From: a virus
Length of the DNA: 64,000 nucleotides
Virus record (IMG/VR): IMGVR_UViG_3300042898_000852
Location: 1-64,000 of that record
Direction: 5' to 3' (one strand)
Shown in pieces: positions 10,901 through 23,300 of this stretch. A model generated the notes under the pieces. That model was given only the letters and a program-made list of their open reading frames with translations. It searched no databases and was not told where the DNA came from. Position numbers and translations under genes: made by a program. How positions within the stretch are numbered: the stretch's first letter is position 1; each line of letters starts with the position of its first letter.

Positions 10901-11364
10901 CATTTGGTAAACAGTTGAATTTAATTAAATCTATTAGTGATGAACTAATCTATCATCCTGTGAATTACAAAATTTTATTTGGAAGCACGGCAGATCCTAA
11001 ACTTCAAGCACAATTCAAAGTAGTTAAAAATCCCTATAAAACAATTAACGACAATGATCTAAAGGTAAGAATAGTCACTGCAATCACCAGTTTCTTTGAT
11101 ATTAACAATTGGGATTTTGGAGACAGATTTTACCTAGGAGAATTAATTACATACATCACTAACGAAGTTGCACCGGACGTCAGTAATCTTGTGATTGTAC
11201 CTAGACAACCAGATCAAACATTCGGTAGTCTATTTGAAATACAAAGTCAACCAGAAGAAATTTTTATCAGCGGCGCAACAGTAGATGATATCGTGATTGT
11301 TACAGCAATTACCGCGGTTGAAATACGTGCAGAAGTAGCATCTATAGTAAACTCAACACAATAA
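7963..11364 (+). CDS. Baseplate wedge gp6-like
   Basis: DFENLR...FNDYIESSE, ENFLELA, FADGTYG, EDIDSIKSRAP...QNRMITGEDY motifs. Confidence 0.9.
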   Translation: MTTTSRQNNLILNQDWKRIYQTFKNADFKSYDFENLRRVIITYLRENYPEDFNDYIESSEYLALIDAVAFLGQSLAFRTDLASRENFLELAETKESVLRLARLISYNSRRNIPAQGLIKFDTVSTTEGVLDSNNKNLASQTIIWNDPTNSNWLEQFILVMNSAMADNTEFGRSQGTDTIQGIDSQQYRFRSNFTDVPIFNFEKIVASRKMPFELVSTSFVGAEDYYEEPPIPGSQLGFIYRQDGKGSASANTGFFMLLKQGSLELTDFSVDVPTTNEVVSVDVTGINDSDVWLFATNSDGTQASEWTKVSSITGSNIAYNSINSNIRNIYSVITKEDDKIDLVFADGTYGNLPQGAFKAYYRVSNGLSYTVSPAEMRAINISVPYINKAGVRHELLISCSLKYTISTATASEDIDSIKSRAPAIYYTQNRMITGEDYNLAPLSSSQDILKVKAINRTSSGISRNFDVIDASGKYSSVNVFADDGVIYKEQTERTESFKYTNRIDIINYIRNNIEPLLTNTDVYNFYLTNFTKIQFTDSNTLWAQTTNDVNSSTGYFINNIDQSLFKVGTYTTNSLKYVFAGALIKFEPPAGKAFKKGAIVNISATDVEQTDRIWVKVVKITGDGTNAGRGVLANGLGPIVFNDVVPSGAIATRIVPRFINNLPTALENEMTNLISLNVNFGLRYESIESSWKIITSANIDLLNDFSLGRAGDTTNSNLDTAWIIAFVRQADSYNVRIRGLDYIFRSLEQNRFYFDVNQKTFDRKTGKAVKDKVNILGINADNGLITALKNDKTFEVSDVIKFEDGYQSANEIKLSFADSDDDGVIDNPDSFEQIVGQDLDLKYLFFYKTTDASGYTTYSYVDNVNDTILIRQTESNIIISDYANGQLIYFYASNENRIKRVDLGTNTLIIESDYKAVIGRADLKFQYIHNANIDRRIDPSVSNIMDIFLLTRTYDTEFRKYISGAISQPEVPTSDALRIAFGKQLNLIKSISDELIYHPVNYKILFGSTADPKLQAQFKVVKNPYKTINDNDLKVRIVTAITSFFDINNWDFGDRFYLGELITYITNEVAPDVSNLVIVPRQPDQTFGSLFEIQSQPEEIFISGATVDDIVIVTAITAVEIRAEVASIVNSTQ

Positions 11365-11368
11365 GATT

Positions 11369-14300
11369 ATGGCAAAAGATATTTTCCCTCAAAGTCAGTT
11401 ACCGATTCGTAGAACTGTAGAACTCCTACCAGAAGTCTTTCAGACCGAAACCAATGCAAAATTTATGTCTGCAGTTGTTGATCCATTGGTTCAACCTGGC
11501 ACATTATCTAAAACAGTTGGCTATGTAGGTCGTAGATACGGTAAAACTTATAATGGTTCGGATGTATACTTAGACACAGATGCAACTCTTAGAAGTAGAT
11601 ATCAATTAGAACCTGGCGTCACAGTCAAAGACAAAGATAAAGTAGAAAATTTTTATGATTATATTGATTTTAAAAATCAATTAAAGTTTTTTGGTAACCA
11701 TCTAGAAAGAGATGATCTAATCACAGATCAAGATCATTATTCTTGGAATCCACCAATTGATTGGGACAAGTTTGTAAATTTCCGTGAATATTATTGGGTA
11801 CCAGATGGTCCCCCGCCTATCACGATATTCGGACAACAACAGTCTATAACCAGCACATATAGAGTAAGATTAGGAGTAGGATCGTCTTGGATATTCTTCC
11901 CAGACGGACTATCATTGAATCCCACCCTCACACTCTATAGAGGACAAACATACAAGTTTCAAGTCAATGCGCCGGGTGAGGGTTTTGTTATTAAAACTGC
12001 TTATGATACAGGGTCATTAGTTTACAAACCTTATCTACCATATCAACAAGGTCAATTTGCTGTATTCAACAACAAGTTATGGAAAGCCAAAACTTTTATT
12101 GCAATCACTGATGGAAGCACCATAGATGAAGACAGCCAGGATTGGGAATATGTTGAAGCAGCTAGTCAGGCCACTGCATTAGACTATAATACAGGAATCA
12201 CCGGTCAAGGCGCAACCAATGGCACCTTGACTTTTACTGTGCCTTTCGATGCACCTGATGTGTTGTTTTATCAAAGCGCCACAGACATCAATAGATTTGG
12301 CAGGTTCCTTATTGCTGATATTGAATCAAATACCAAAATAGATATTACTAATGAAGTTGTTGGCAAAGCCACATATGTCAGTAGTAACGCTATTACATTT
12401 ACCAACGGTATGAAAGTTAGATTTTCTGGTCAAGTGACGCCTACAAAATATTCCACAGACACTTGGGTAATAGAAGGTGTTGGAGAATCTATTAGGTTAA
12501 TAAGATTTCAAGACTTGTCCCCTCCAACTCTTAGCACAACAAGTTTAGAAGTGTTGTTTGACGACGGCGGATTTGATACAGAGCCTTTTGATGATGCGGC
12601 CACATATCCAGAATCAAAAGACTACATTACAATTAATAGAGCTAGTCAAGATTCAAATCCTTGGAGCAGATACAATAGATGGTTTCACAGATCAGTTCTA
12701 GAACAAGCACACGCCCTCAACAACAGCGAGTTTGACTCAATTGAAACAGCTCGAGCCAAAAGACCTATTATTGAATTTTCTTCAAACCTACAGTTATTCA
12801 ACCACGGTAGCCTAGCAAAAACGCCAGTTGACTTTATTGATACTTTTACCACTGACGTTTTTTCAACCATAGAAGGCAGTATTGGATACAATGTCGACGG
12901 GGAAGAATTATTTAATGGTGCTAGACTATTGGTCACAGCAGATACTGATACACTGGCCAACAATAGAATTTATACAGTAAACTTTATAATTCACAACAAT
13001 CGCAGACAAATCAATTTGGTAGAAACTGTCGACGCAACTTCTACCATTGGTGACGGAGTGTTTGTTAGACGAGGTTTACTAAACAAAGGAATAATGTACC
13101 ACTTTACTGGTACATCTTGGGTCCCTAGTCAAAAGAAAACCGCAGTAAATCAAAGTCCATTATTTGATGTATTTGATGATAATGGTGTCAGTTACGGAGA
13201 CATGGATACATATCCTGTTAGCAGTTTCTTAGGAACTAAACTAGTAAGTTATAAAGTCGGAAACAGTATTATTGATAAAGAATTAGGATTTAGTCTAAGT
13301 TATCTAAACATCAACAATGTAGGGGATATTGAATTTAATTTTGATTGGGATGTAGATACATTTGATTATCACTCTAGTAAAGAAGTATTTTTTAAAACCA
13401 TAAGACAAGGTTATTACAAATTTACACATACCGGAAGTTATGCTAACGGATGGCTTAAATCTGATCGAACATATTTACAGCCGGTAATTTACAGTACCAC
13501 AGTTGCTGAAGTTTCAACACGAATCGTCAGCAATGGAATCAAATGGACAGACGTTCAAGACAGTGAAATTTCCAAAATTTTAATCTACATTAATGGAATA
13601 AAATATTCTGGAAGCTACACTAGAAATCAAAATATTTTTACGTTTCCTAATAGTTTTAAAATAAATGACATTGTTACAGTTAAGGTTTTTGCAGATGCAG
13701 ATCCTCATCTAGGATATTATGAGATTCCAGTAGGACTTGAAAAAAATCCGTTAAACGGAGAAGTAAAAACATTTACTCTAGGACAGGCAGTTGACCATGT
13801 TTCAACAGCAATAGACCTATTCGAACAATTCAGCGGTGCATATCCAGGTGTGAGCAATTTGAGAGATCTTACTGGGTATCAAAATCTAGCACGAAGATTT
13901 TTAAAACATTCGGGAATTACACCTACAGCAATAATGTTGCTGTGCGACAAGCACGTAAACATTATTAAATCTATTCAATTTGCAAAAAAATCTTATACAG
14001 AATTTAAAAATAACTTTATTAAATTTGCTGAAACTGCCACATACAATCTAGATCCTGTTGAATTTGTTGATGATATATTGGCCACTATGTCCAAAATTAA
14101 AACACAAAAAGATGCGTTTGCAGATTCTGACATGGTAGGTAGTGGCGCCTACAATCTCAAAGAATACATTGTAGAAGACACAGAAATCACGACCTTTGCA
14201 CTGAATACAAAATTTAATTTAACTCAACTTAGTAGAACAGCAGTTTATATCTATATCAACAATACGCAGTTGACACACGGTATTGATTATACATTCAATG

Positions 14301-17300
14301 ATACGTTTGGATTTGTTAGTATTTCTAAATCTCTAGCAGAAGGAGATGTTATTCAAATAAAAGAATACGTTTCTTCAAGTTTCTGTTTTATTCCACCAAC
14401 TCCTTCAAAATTGGGTCTATATAAAACTTTTATTCCGTCTTTGTTTTTAGATGATACTTATGTGACGCCAATTAATGTTATCCAAGGACATGATGGCAGT
14501 ATCACAGTGGCCTACGGTGATTTTAGAGATGATGTGCTATTGGAATTAGAAAAACGCATCTACAACAACATCAAGCAAGTATACACAGAAGATTTGTTTA
14601 GTCAAGATGCTATCCTTGGAGGATACTACGGATCATCTACATATACCAAACAAGAATTAGACAGCGTGATTAGTTCTGAATTCCTAAGATGGTTTAGTGA
14701 AACAAATGTAGACTATCTGACCAACACATTTTTTGACAGTGAAGATTCTTTCACATATACCTATTCAAATATGGGAGACCCAACCGGTCAGCTAAATTTG
14801 CCCGGATGGTGGAGAGGAGTGTACACCTGGTTGTACGATACTGATAGGCCACATCGTTGTCCTTGGGAAATGTTGGGATTTAGCCAACAACCTAGTTGGT
14901 GGGAAGATCAATACGGTGCTGCACCGTATACAAAAAATAATTTACTATTGTGGGAAGATCTAGCAAGTGGTATAATTCGCCAAGGACCTCGAGTAGGAAC
15001 GTATGATAGATATAAAAGAGCCACTCTGCTAAATCATATTCCTGTAGACGGTGACGGCAACCTATTAAGCCCATTTGAATCCGGAGCAGCTACTAATTTT
15101 GTTTTATACAACAACAAAGGCACATTTAAATTTGGTGATCTAGCTCCGGTGGAATATGCCTGGCGCAGCAGTAGTGATTATCCATTTGTTATTATGCTGG
15201 CTCTATGTCTAATGAGACCTTATGAATTTATCATTGAAACTCTTGATAAATCTAGAATCAAAGTTAACAAAATTGGTCAAACAGTTAATAAAAACACAAA
15301 TTTATTCTTTAAAAATTCGGACATTGTTATTCCGACGTCCGGAGGCAATCAAACTTCTGGACTTGTAAATTATGTTGTAGATTATTTGAGGTCAAGAGGA
15401 CTAACTGAATCTGTGCTTCAGAAGAAAATAGACAATCTAGATGTCAATTTATCTACCAGATTAAGCGGATTTGTAGATCAGAGTCAACAAAAATATATTT
15501 TAGACAGTAAAAATCCCAGCGCCAGCACCAGTAATATTTTTCTTCCTCAAGAAAATTATGACATTAATTTTAATATCAGCGCACCAATTTCCAGTCCAAG
15601 TTACAGTGCAGTAGTAGTTGAAAAACTAGCTAGCGGCTTCAAACTTTTTGGTTATGACATCAGCGAACCTTATTTTAAATATTTTGAAGCTGTCAAAAGC
15701 GCCAATGATCCTTTGCTGTCAGTTGGCGGCGTGAGTGAAAATTTTATCGATTGGGAAGCCAACAAGATTTTTGGTAATGGAACAATAATTAGAGTATCTG
15801 ATATTTTTTACAGATGTATTAAATCACACACAAGTGGCATAGAATTTGACGCACAATTTTGGCAAAGAATCGCAAAATTACCGTTAGTAGGTGCAGTAGA
15901 AGTTTTTAGAAGAAGAACGGTAAACAGTGCCGCAGTAAAAGAACTACCTTACGGCACAGTATTTTCATCTCTACAAGACATAGCAGATTTTATCATAGGG
16001 TATGATGCATATCTACAATCACAGGGATTTGAGTTCACCGGCTATGACGGAAATCTAGAATCGGCTAAAGATTGGATAACATCGATAAAAGAGTTGTTGT
16101 TTTGGTCAAAACATAAATGGGCCGAAAGTTCACTAATCACGTTAAGTCCAGCTGCTGCAAAAATAGAGTTGAATATTGATATCGGAGTTGCTGACAATCT
16201 GCTTGATAGCTTTTATGATTATAATATTTTAAAAGTTGATGGAACCATTTTGCCTGTGGAATTTATAAATGTCAACAGAGAGTTTAAAAAAATAACGGTA
16301 GATGTTGTCAACGACTCGGACGGCATATACTTTTTTAGATGTTATTTTGTTTTGAAAGAACACGTAACAATTTTTGATGATCGTACAGTTTTTAATGATG
16401 TGTTATATGACAAGCCAACAGGCTATCGTCAAGAACGTATAAAGAGTCGCGGATTCCGTACAGTTGACTGGGACGGTGATTATACTAGTCCGGGATTCTT
16501 GTTTGACAATGTCAATATACAGATATGGCAACCCTTCACAGATTACAAACTAGGTGACATTGTCAATTATAAATCTTACAATTGGACCAGCCTTGTAAAT
16601 CAACAGGGTGCTATTCAATTCAAAGACAGTAATTGGACTAAATTAGACACAACTCCTGCCAAAGGATTGATCAGCAATTTTGATGTCAGAGTCAGCCAGT
16701 TTGAAGATTACTATAATGTAGATGCCGACGGCGCCGGCGCCAGTCAGCGTGAACTAGCAAGACACCTCATAGGATATCAAACTAGAGAATATTTACAAAA
16801 TCTTGCAGAAGATAATGTTACTCAATTTAAATTGTATCAAGGATTTATTAGAGAAAAAGGCACAGCCAATGCTGTGGTCAAGGTTTTTGACAAGCTCAGC
16901 AGAATCACTGCCGACAGCATTGTGTTAGATGAAGAATGGGCATTTAATGTTGGTAGATTGGGAGGCATAGATCAACTCAACGAAATAGAATTTGAAATTG
17001 TCAAAGATAATCTACTAGTAAATCCTCAGGCCATAGTTATTACTAACGGACCAATTTCTAAAAATTCATTGGACAAATATCTAAGAGTAAATCAAACTAA
17101 CTTTACTAGGTCCTTGATTCCTTATAGTGTTGACATCAATCCATTGACCGTCTATCAAGGAATTACTAGAAATGCTGGATACGTTAAAACAGATCAAATA
17201 GAATTATTTGTAAGATCAAGAGAAGACATATTATCACTGGATATTTCGTCTTTGGTTGAAAATTCTCATATATGGATTACCTTTGATAATGCATCTTGGA

Positions 17301-20300
17301 CAGTGTTGAGATTAAACCTCAACACAGCCCTAATAATTGAAGACATCGTCAAAGATTCTACCACAAGCGTAATTACTGTAACTGTGAGTCGAAAACACGG
17401 ACTAACAGTAGATGAAATTGTAGGCATAAAAGACATTGTAAATTTCACCGGATTTTATAAAGTTGTAGCTGTTACTGATTATACCTTTGGTGTCCAAGAC
17501 GGCCCCGGTCCTGTGCCAAGTGCTCCAGATATAAGTTCTATACAATACAACATATATCAGTTGACACAATCCAGATTTAATTCTTATCAAGACCTTGGAG
17601 ATCAAACCGCAGCTCTGTTAAAACAAGGATCAAAGTTATGGATCGACAACACCGACGCAACTGTAGGCAATTGGGAAGTTGTTGAAAAACAAAGACTGTA
17701 CGTTGAAAAACCAATCACCAATTTTGGAGCCACTGATCCCAGAAATACAGGAAGAGCTGTGGTATATGCTGACAACCTCAAACAGGTTATTACAGGAATA
17801 CCCTCTGCCAACTCTGTAATGGTTTACTCAGAAACTGTCACAGGATTATCTGTAAAAGAAATACTACAACCAGAAACTGAATTTACAAATACAACGGCAA
17901 ATAGTTTTGGAGATGCCATTGCTATCAGTCCTGATAATGTTTGGTTAGCAGTAGGAGCTCCTTTGGCTTCTGGAGTACCTAGTAGATTCAAAGGAATTTA
18001 TGAGGACAGCTATATAGATCCACTTATACCAGCAGCATCTTATCGTGCCGGCGATATAGTGTTGCAAAATGGAAAATTATGGGAAGCCACTAACGATCAA
18101 CAGCCCGGCGATGGCAGCACCAATACTCTGAACACATTGTCTGTGAATTTTAGAAATGAAGATTGGAAACTGGTTGACGTAGTCTATGCCAATTCATCGG
18201 GATCGCTAGGACCAGTAAAACAAGGTATGGTGGTTCTATACAAACGAAAAAATAATGCATGGGAATTGCAACATACAATTCTTAGCCCTCGAATTGAAGC
18301 AAATGAAAAGTTTGGATCGAGTATCTCTATTGGAGTTTCTGGCGCAAATTATTATATGTCAATCTCTGCTCCTGGATCTCTTAACGATCTAGGCAGAGTT
18401 TATCTTTACAAATATACTGGTACAACAGCAGGATCAACAACACAGATTCTGACGTTTAATGGAACCAGTGCTGTAAATTATGCAGTGAATACAATTACGT
18501 TTTCAAGAAATCATAATTATATTACCGGCCAACTTGTGAGGTATCTCAACGGCACATATGCCGGAGATGATAAATCTCTAGCTACATCGCCTCCACCACC
18601 TGAAGATTACACAATCTTATACGCAATAAGAATTACAGATACTGTTATACAATTGGCAACTTCAGTAGTAAACGCCACAACCGGAACAGAAATTGATCTC
18701 AAAGATTTTGGTATAGATGATTCAAGTTCCCATACCTTAATCAGCACAGCGACTGTTGGTTGGAAACAGATGGGAGATCCTGAATACCGAGGACTTTATA
18801 CTAGTAGCGTTAGTGCTATTTACAGCCAAGGATCTAAAGTTTGGTATGAAGGAAGAATATATCAAGCACTAGAAGATACCTATGGTGACGGAACATCACT
18901 TGATTTATCTACCAGCAATTCTTGGCAGGTCCTAGATGAATCAGTAACTGAAGTTTCATTACCATCTAACATTGCCTTGATTGACAGTGGAAATGTTCTT
19001 CCAATTCTTCAAGACAGCTCTACAGCTATTCTGGGATCGATATATCCTTTGGTCACAGCTGGCAATTTTAAACTAGGTGAAATCTATAGAATTGAAGATT
19101 ATGGTACTACAAATTTTCAACTTATCGGTAATAATCCTGCAGCTGGTGACGGCCTAACGTTTAAAGCCACTGGAGTTGGTTCAGGTACAGGTACAGCAAG
19201 ATGGATATCCTATCAGTTTGCAGAATTGATTAAAGCTGGTGATATGTTTGGCCAAAGTCAGGCCATGAGTCGAGACGGCAGTGTATTAGTAGTCGGGGCT
19301 CCTGAAAGTGACGGAATATACATTGCCAACTATAAAGGAGTATGGACAGATTATCAAACATATTACGAAGATGATATAGTAAAATATAATGGAGATTATT
19401 ATAGATTAGTCGACTATGATCCTCTTACAGGCGGCGAAGCAGATTCGTCTGAAGATTCTACTTATATAACTACTAGTAAAAATGATGTGCCCACAAACAG
19501 CAGTCTACAAGGTCCGTGGACTTTTGTTAGCTCTGAAATTTCTAATCCTTCTGGGAAGATTTTTATCTATAAAAGAAATACCAATGATGTTTACGAACTA
19601 GCTCAAACTATCACTGCTGGGTCGTTGATTGAAATTAGCGATGTATTAAATATTGACAACCTAAATACCGGAGACAAGTTTGGAGCAGCAGTAGACATTG
19701 ACTATAACGGAACTACAATTATTGCCAGTAGCCCACAAGCAGATGTAAAATCCACCGATCAAGGTGCAGTGTTTGTGTTTAAGTCCGCACAGTCGGATAC
19801 TATTTCTTATAGATTGAAACAAAGACTAATCAGCCACGAAAATTATGCCAACGAGTATTTTGGGTCTGCTATCAGCATTAGTCCCGCAACAGAAAAAATA
19901 GTTGTAGGTGCCAGTAATGCCAGTTTTAACCTGTTTACAATATATGATCAAGGTTCAACATCTTTTGATAATACTAACACCACATTTAGTTCTGACGAAG
20001 GCAATACAGGCCAGGTCTATGTGTTTGAAAGAAAAGATCAAACATATCACCTAACAGAAAAATTATATGTACCAGACCTACAAGACTGGGAATCATTTGG
20101 TTCTAGTGTAGACTGTGTGGGATCTGTGATAGCAGTGGGATCTCCTACATATCGAGATACAGTTTATAGAATAGGTGTTAATTTTACAACTACTATTCTA
20201 TTGGGAGCCAGCGGCAATAATGCACTCACAGTAGATGTAATAATACAAGACGGAGTTATTGTATCTGCTATAGCTAAAGATTCTGGAGCTGGATATACTG

Positions 20301-23300
20301 TTAGTGACTTCGACGATGATACCGATGCTATTGAAATTAATGGATCTGCAGACAAAGCTCGTATCAAAGTACAGTCGATGTCTGCTGGTACTATAACTAA
20401 GTTGTTTGTGTCCTATGGAGGTAGCGGATATACCGGCAGCGCAGAAGTTATTGAAACTGGCCAGGTTAGATTGTTTACTAAAGATACAACTAAAAATCCG
20501 TGGAATACCATCGCCTCAAGACAAGACCTAACTGATATAGAATTGTTTAAAAACATTTCAATATACGACAATGAAACCAATGTGAAAATTTCAGATATTG
20601 AAATAGTTGATCATTACAAATTAAAAATACTAGGTGCAGCCGAACAAGAATTAAAATTCAAAACGCTGTACGATCCTGCAACATATACCAACGGCACCGA
20701 TCAACAAGAAGTTGATGAATCCCAGGCCTGGTTTGAAAAACACGTTGGAGAACTGTGGTGGGACCTAAGTACTGCCAAGTGGTTGCTCTATGAACAGGGT
20801 GATATTTCCTATCGAATTGGCAACTGGAATCAATTAGCCTACGGCGCCAGCATAGATGTGTATGAATGGGTAGAATCAAAATATTTGCCCAGCAGATGGA
20901 ATGTGTTAGCAGATACAACTGAAGGTCTTGCACAAGGAATTTCAGGCCAGCCGCTATACCCGGATAACACAGCGTATTCTGTAAAGATTTTAACCAATTC
21001 TTCAACAGGTGAAACTACAGATACAAAATATTATTATTGGGTCAAGAATAAAAATATAGTGCCAAAAAATGTTCCAGGCAGAAGAATTACAGCATTGGAT
21101 GTAAAGAGCTATATTGAAAATCCAATAGGCACAGGACAGCCTATACTATCTCCGATAGCCGCAGATACTTTATTGGCTTTCAATTTTGAATCTTTGATTT
21201 CTTCAAATACCGCGTTGATTAATATTCAATATAGAAAAAATCTAAAAGCCTTGAATTCTATTCACAATGAATATCAGTTATTGACCGAAGGGGTTGCAGA
21301 CAGTCTCCCAACAGAAACCCTAGAAGCCAAATGGATAGACAGTTTGGTAGGGTATGACCTTGCTGGTAACATAGTGCCGGACGCCGGTATACCTATCAAG
21401 CAGCGATATGGTCTAAGTTTTAGACCCCGTCAGACAATGTTCAAAGATAGATTTGCCATTTTAAAAACAGTAATTATCAACATCAATTCAGTATTAAAAA
21501 CTCGAGCGTTTTCCGATACTTTGAATTTTATCAATCTTGGATCAGTTGATCCAGAACCTTCCAGTGTATTAAATCAATATGATGTACGTGTGGACACACT
21601 AACTGATCTTGCAGAAGTAGGAACAACAAGAGTTAAAAAAGCTGTGCTTAGAGCTAATATTGTTGACGGAGAAATTGATACTATTGATATCACAGATTCT
21701 GGATTTGGTTATAGAAATGCTCCATTTGTCAACATTGAAGGGAATGGACAAGGAGCCACAGCACGAGTCACTATAGACAGTCAAGGTAGAATAAATTCTG
21801 TCACAGTGTTGTCTAAAGGTCGTCGCTACACATCAGCTGTAGCAGAAATAAGATATTTTTCTGTGTTAGTTGCACAAGATAGTTCGATCAATAATTATTG
21901 GAGTATCTATTCCTGGGATGATATAAGAAAAACTTTCTTTAGATCTAAGTCTCAGGCATTCAATACTAGCAAATATTGGGAATACATTGATTGGTGGCAA
22001 GATGGTTACGGAGTAACTTCTAGAATAGTCAAAGAAATCACCGACCTTTATCAAGAACCTTCAATTTCTGTCAAGGTTGGAGATCTAATACGTATCCAAG
22101 AATTTGCCAATGGCGGATGGGCAGTATTAGAAAAAACTGATCCAACCCAAGGAAATATTCTAGATAATTACATTCTTGTTGGCAGAAAAAATGGTACCAT
22201 CAATTTAATTATTGATGATCTAGTGTCGGTGCAAAATATAGGATACGACAATACCATTGCCTTTGATGCTGATGTATATGATATAAATCCCACACAAGAA
22301 TTACGCAATATATTAAAAGCGGCCAAAGAAGATATATTCACAGAAGACCTTAGAGTAGAATGGAATAAATTATTCTTTACCAGTATTCGATATGCGTTTG
22401 TAGAGCAGCCGTATATTGATTGGGCGTTCAAAACAAGTTTCTTAAATGCCACTCACAATGTTGGAGATTTAGAGCAAAAAATAAATTATAAAAATGATAA
22501 TTTAGAAAATTTCCAAGAATACATAGAAGAAATCAAACCCTATAGAACCACAATTAGAGAATATATTTCTAAATACACAGATAGGGACATTTCATATTCG
22601 GGAACCACTGATTTTGACCTACCTCCAGAGTACTCTACTCAAGATGGAAAAATATTACCAATTAGATCAAACAGCGACAGATTCACTAGTTATCCTTGGA
22701 AATGGTGGACTGACAACAACGGATACGTTGTTACTGAAATTACTGTGTCTAACGGGGGTGCTGATTACACAGAAGTCCCTAGTGTAATAATCGAAGGCAA
22801 CGGCACCGGCGCAACAGCTCAGGCATTTGTGGCCAATGGCAGTGTTGTAGCTGTAAAGGTTCTAACCAAAGGTCAGGGTTATACACAGGCCCCTAGTGTC
22901 AGTCTAGTTGGCGGCAATGGTACCAGTCAAAGCATTGCCAAAGCTGTGGCCACAATTGGTGAAACTGCGGTAAGAACATTTGATCTTACTGTGAAATTTG
23001 ATAGAATTGCTAAACAAGGAATATACCAAACATTTACCAAATCTGAAATTTTTACAGCCACAGGAGTTTCTGCAGTTTTCCAATTGCAATATGCACCTAA
23101 TAGAGACAAGAGCAAGATTTCAATAACTAAAAATAATCAAATTGTATTGAACAGTGAATATACAATCACATTGTATACTTCCACAACGGATACATATAGC
23201 TTGATCAAAGGCAAACTAATTTTCAATACAACCCCAACTCTAGGTGATATAATAGAAATCAACTACGAAAAGAATGTAGAATTATTTGACAGTATAAACA

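Noticed and set aside
2436-11364. Bacterial contractile injection system (eCIS/T6SS/tailocin)
   Set aside because: It is flanked by gp46/47/55, polymerase, clamp and T4-type late promoters, so it belongs to a phage genome
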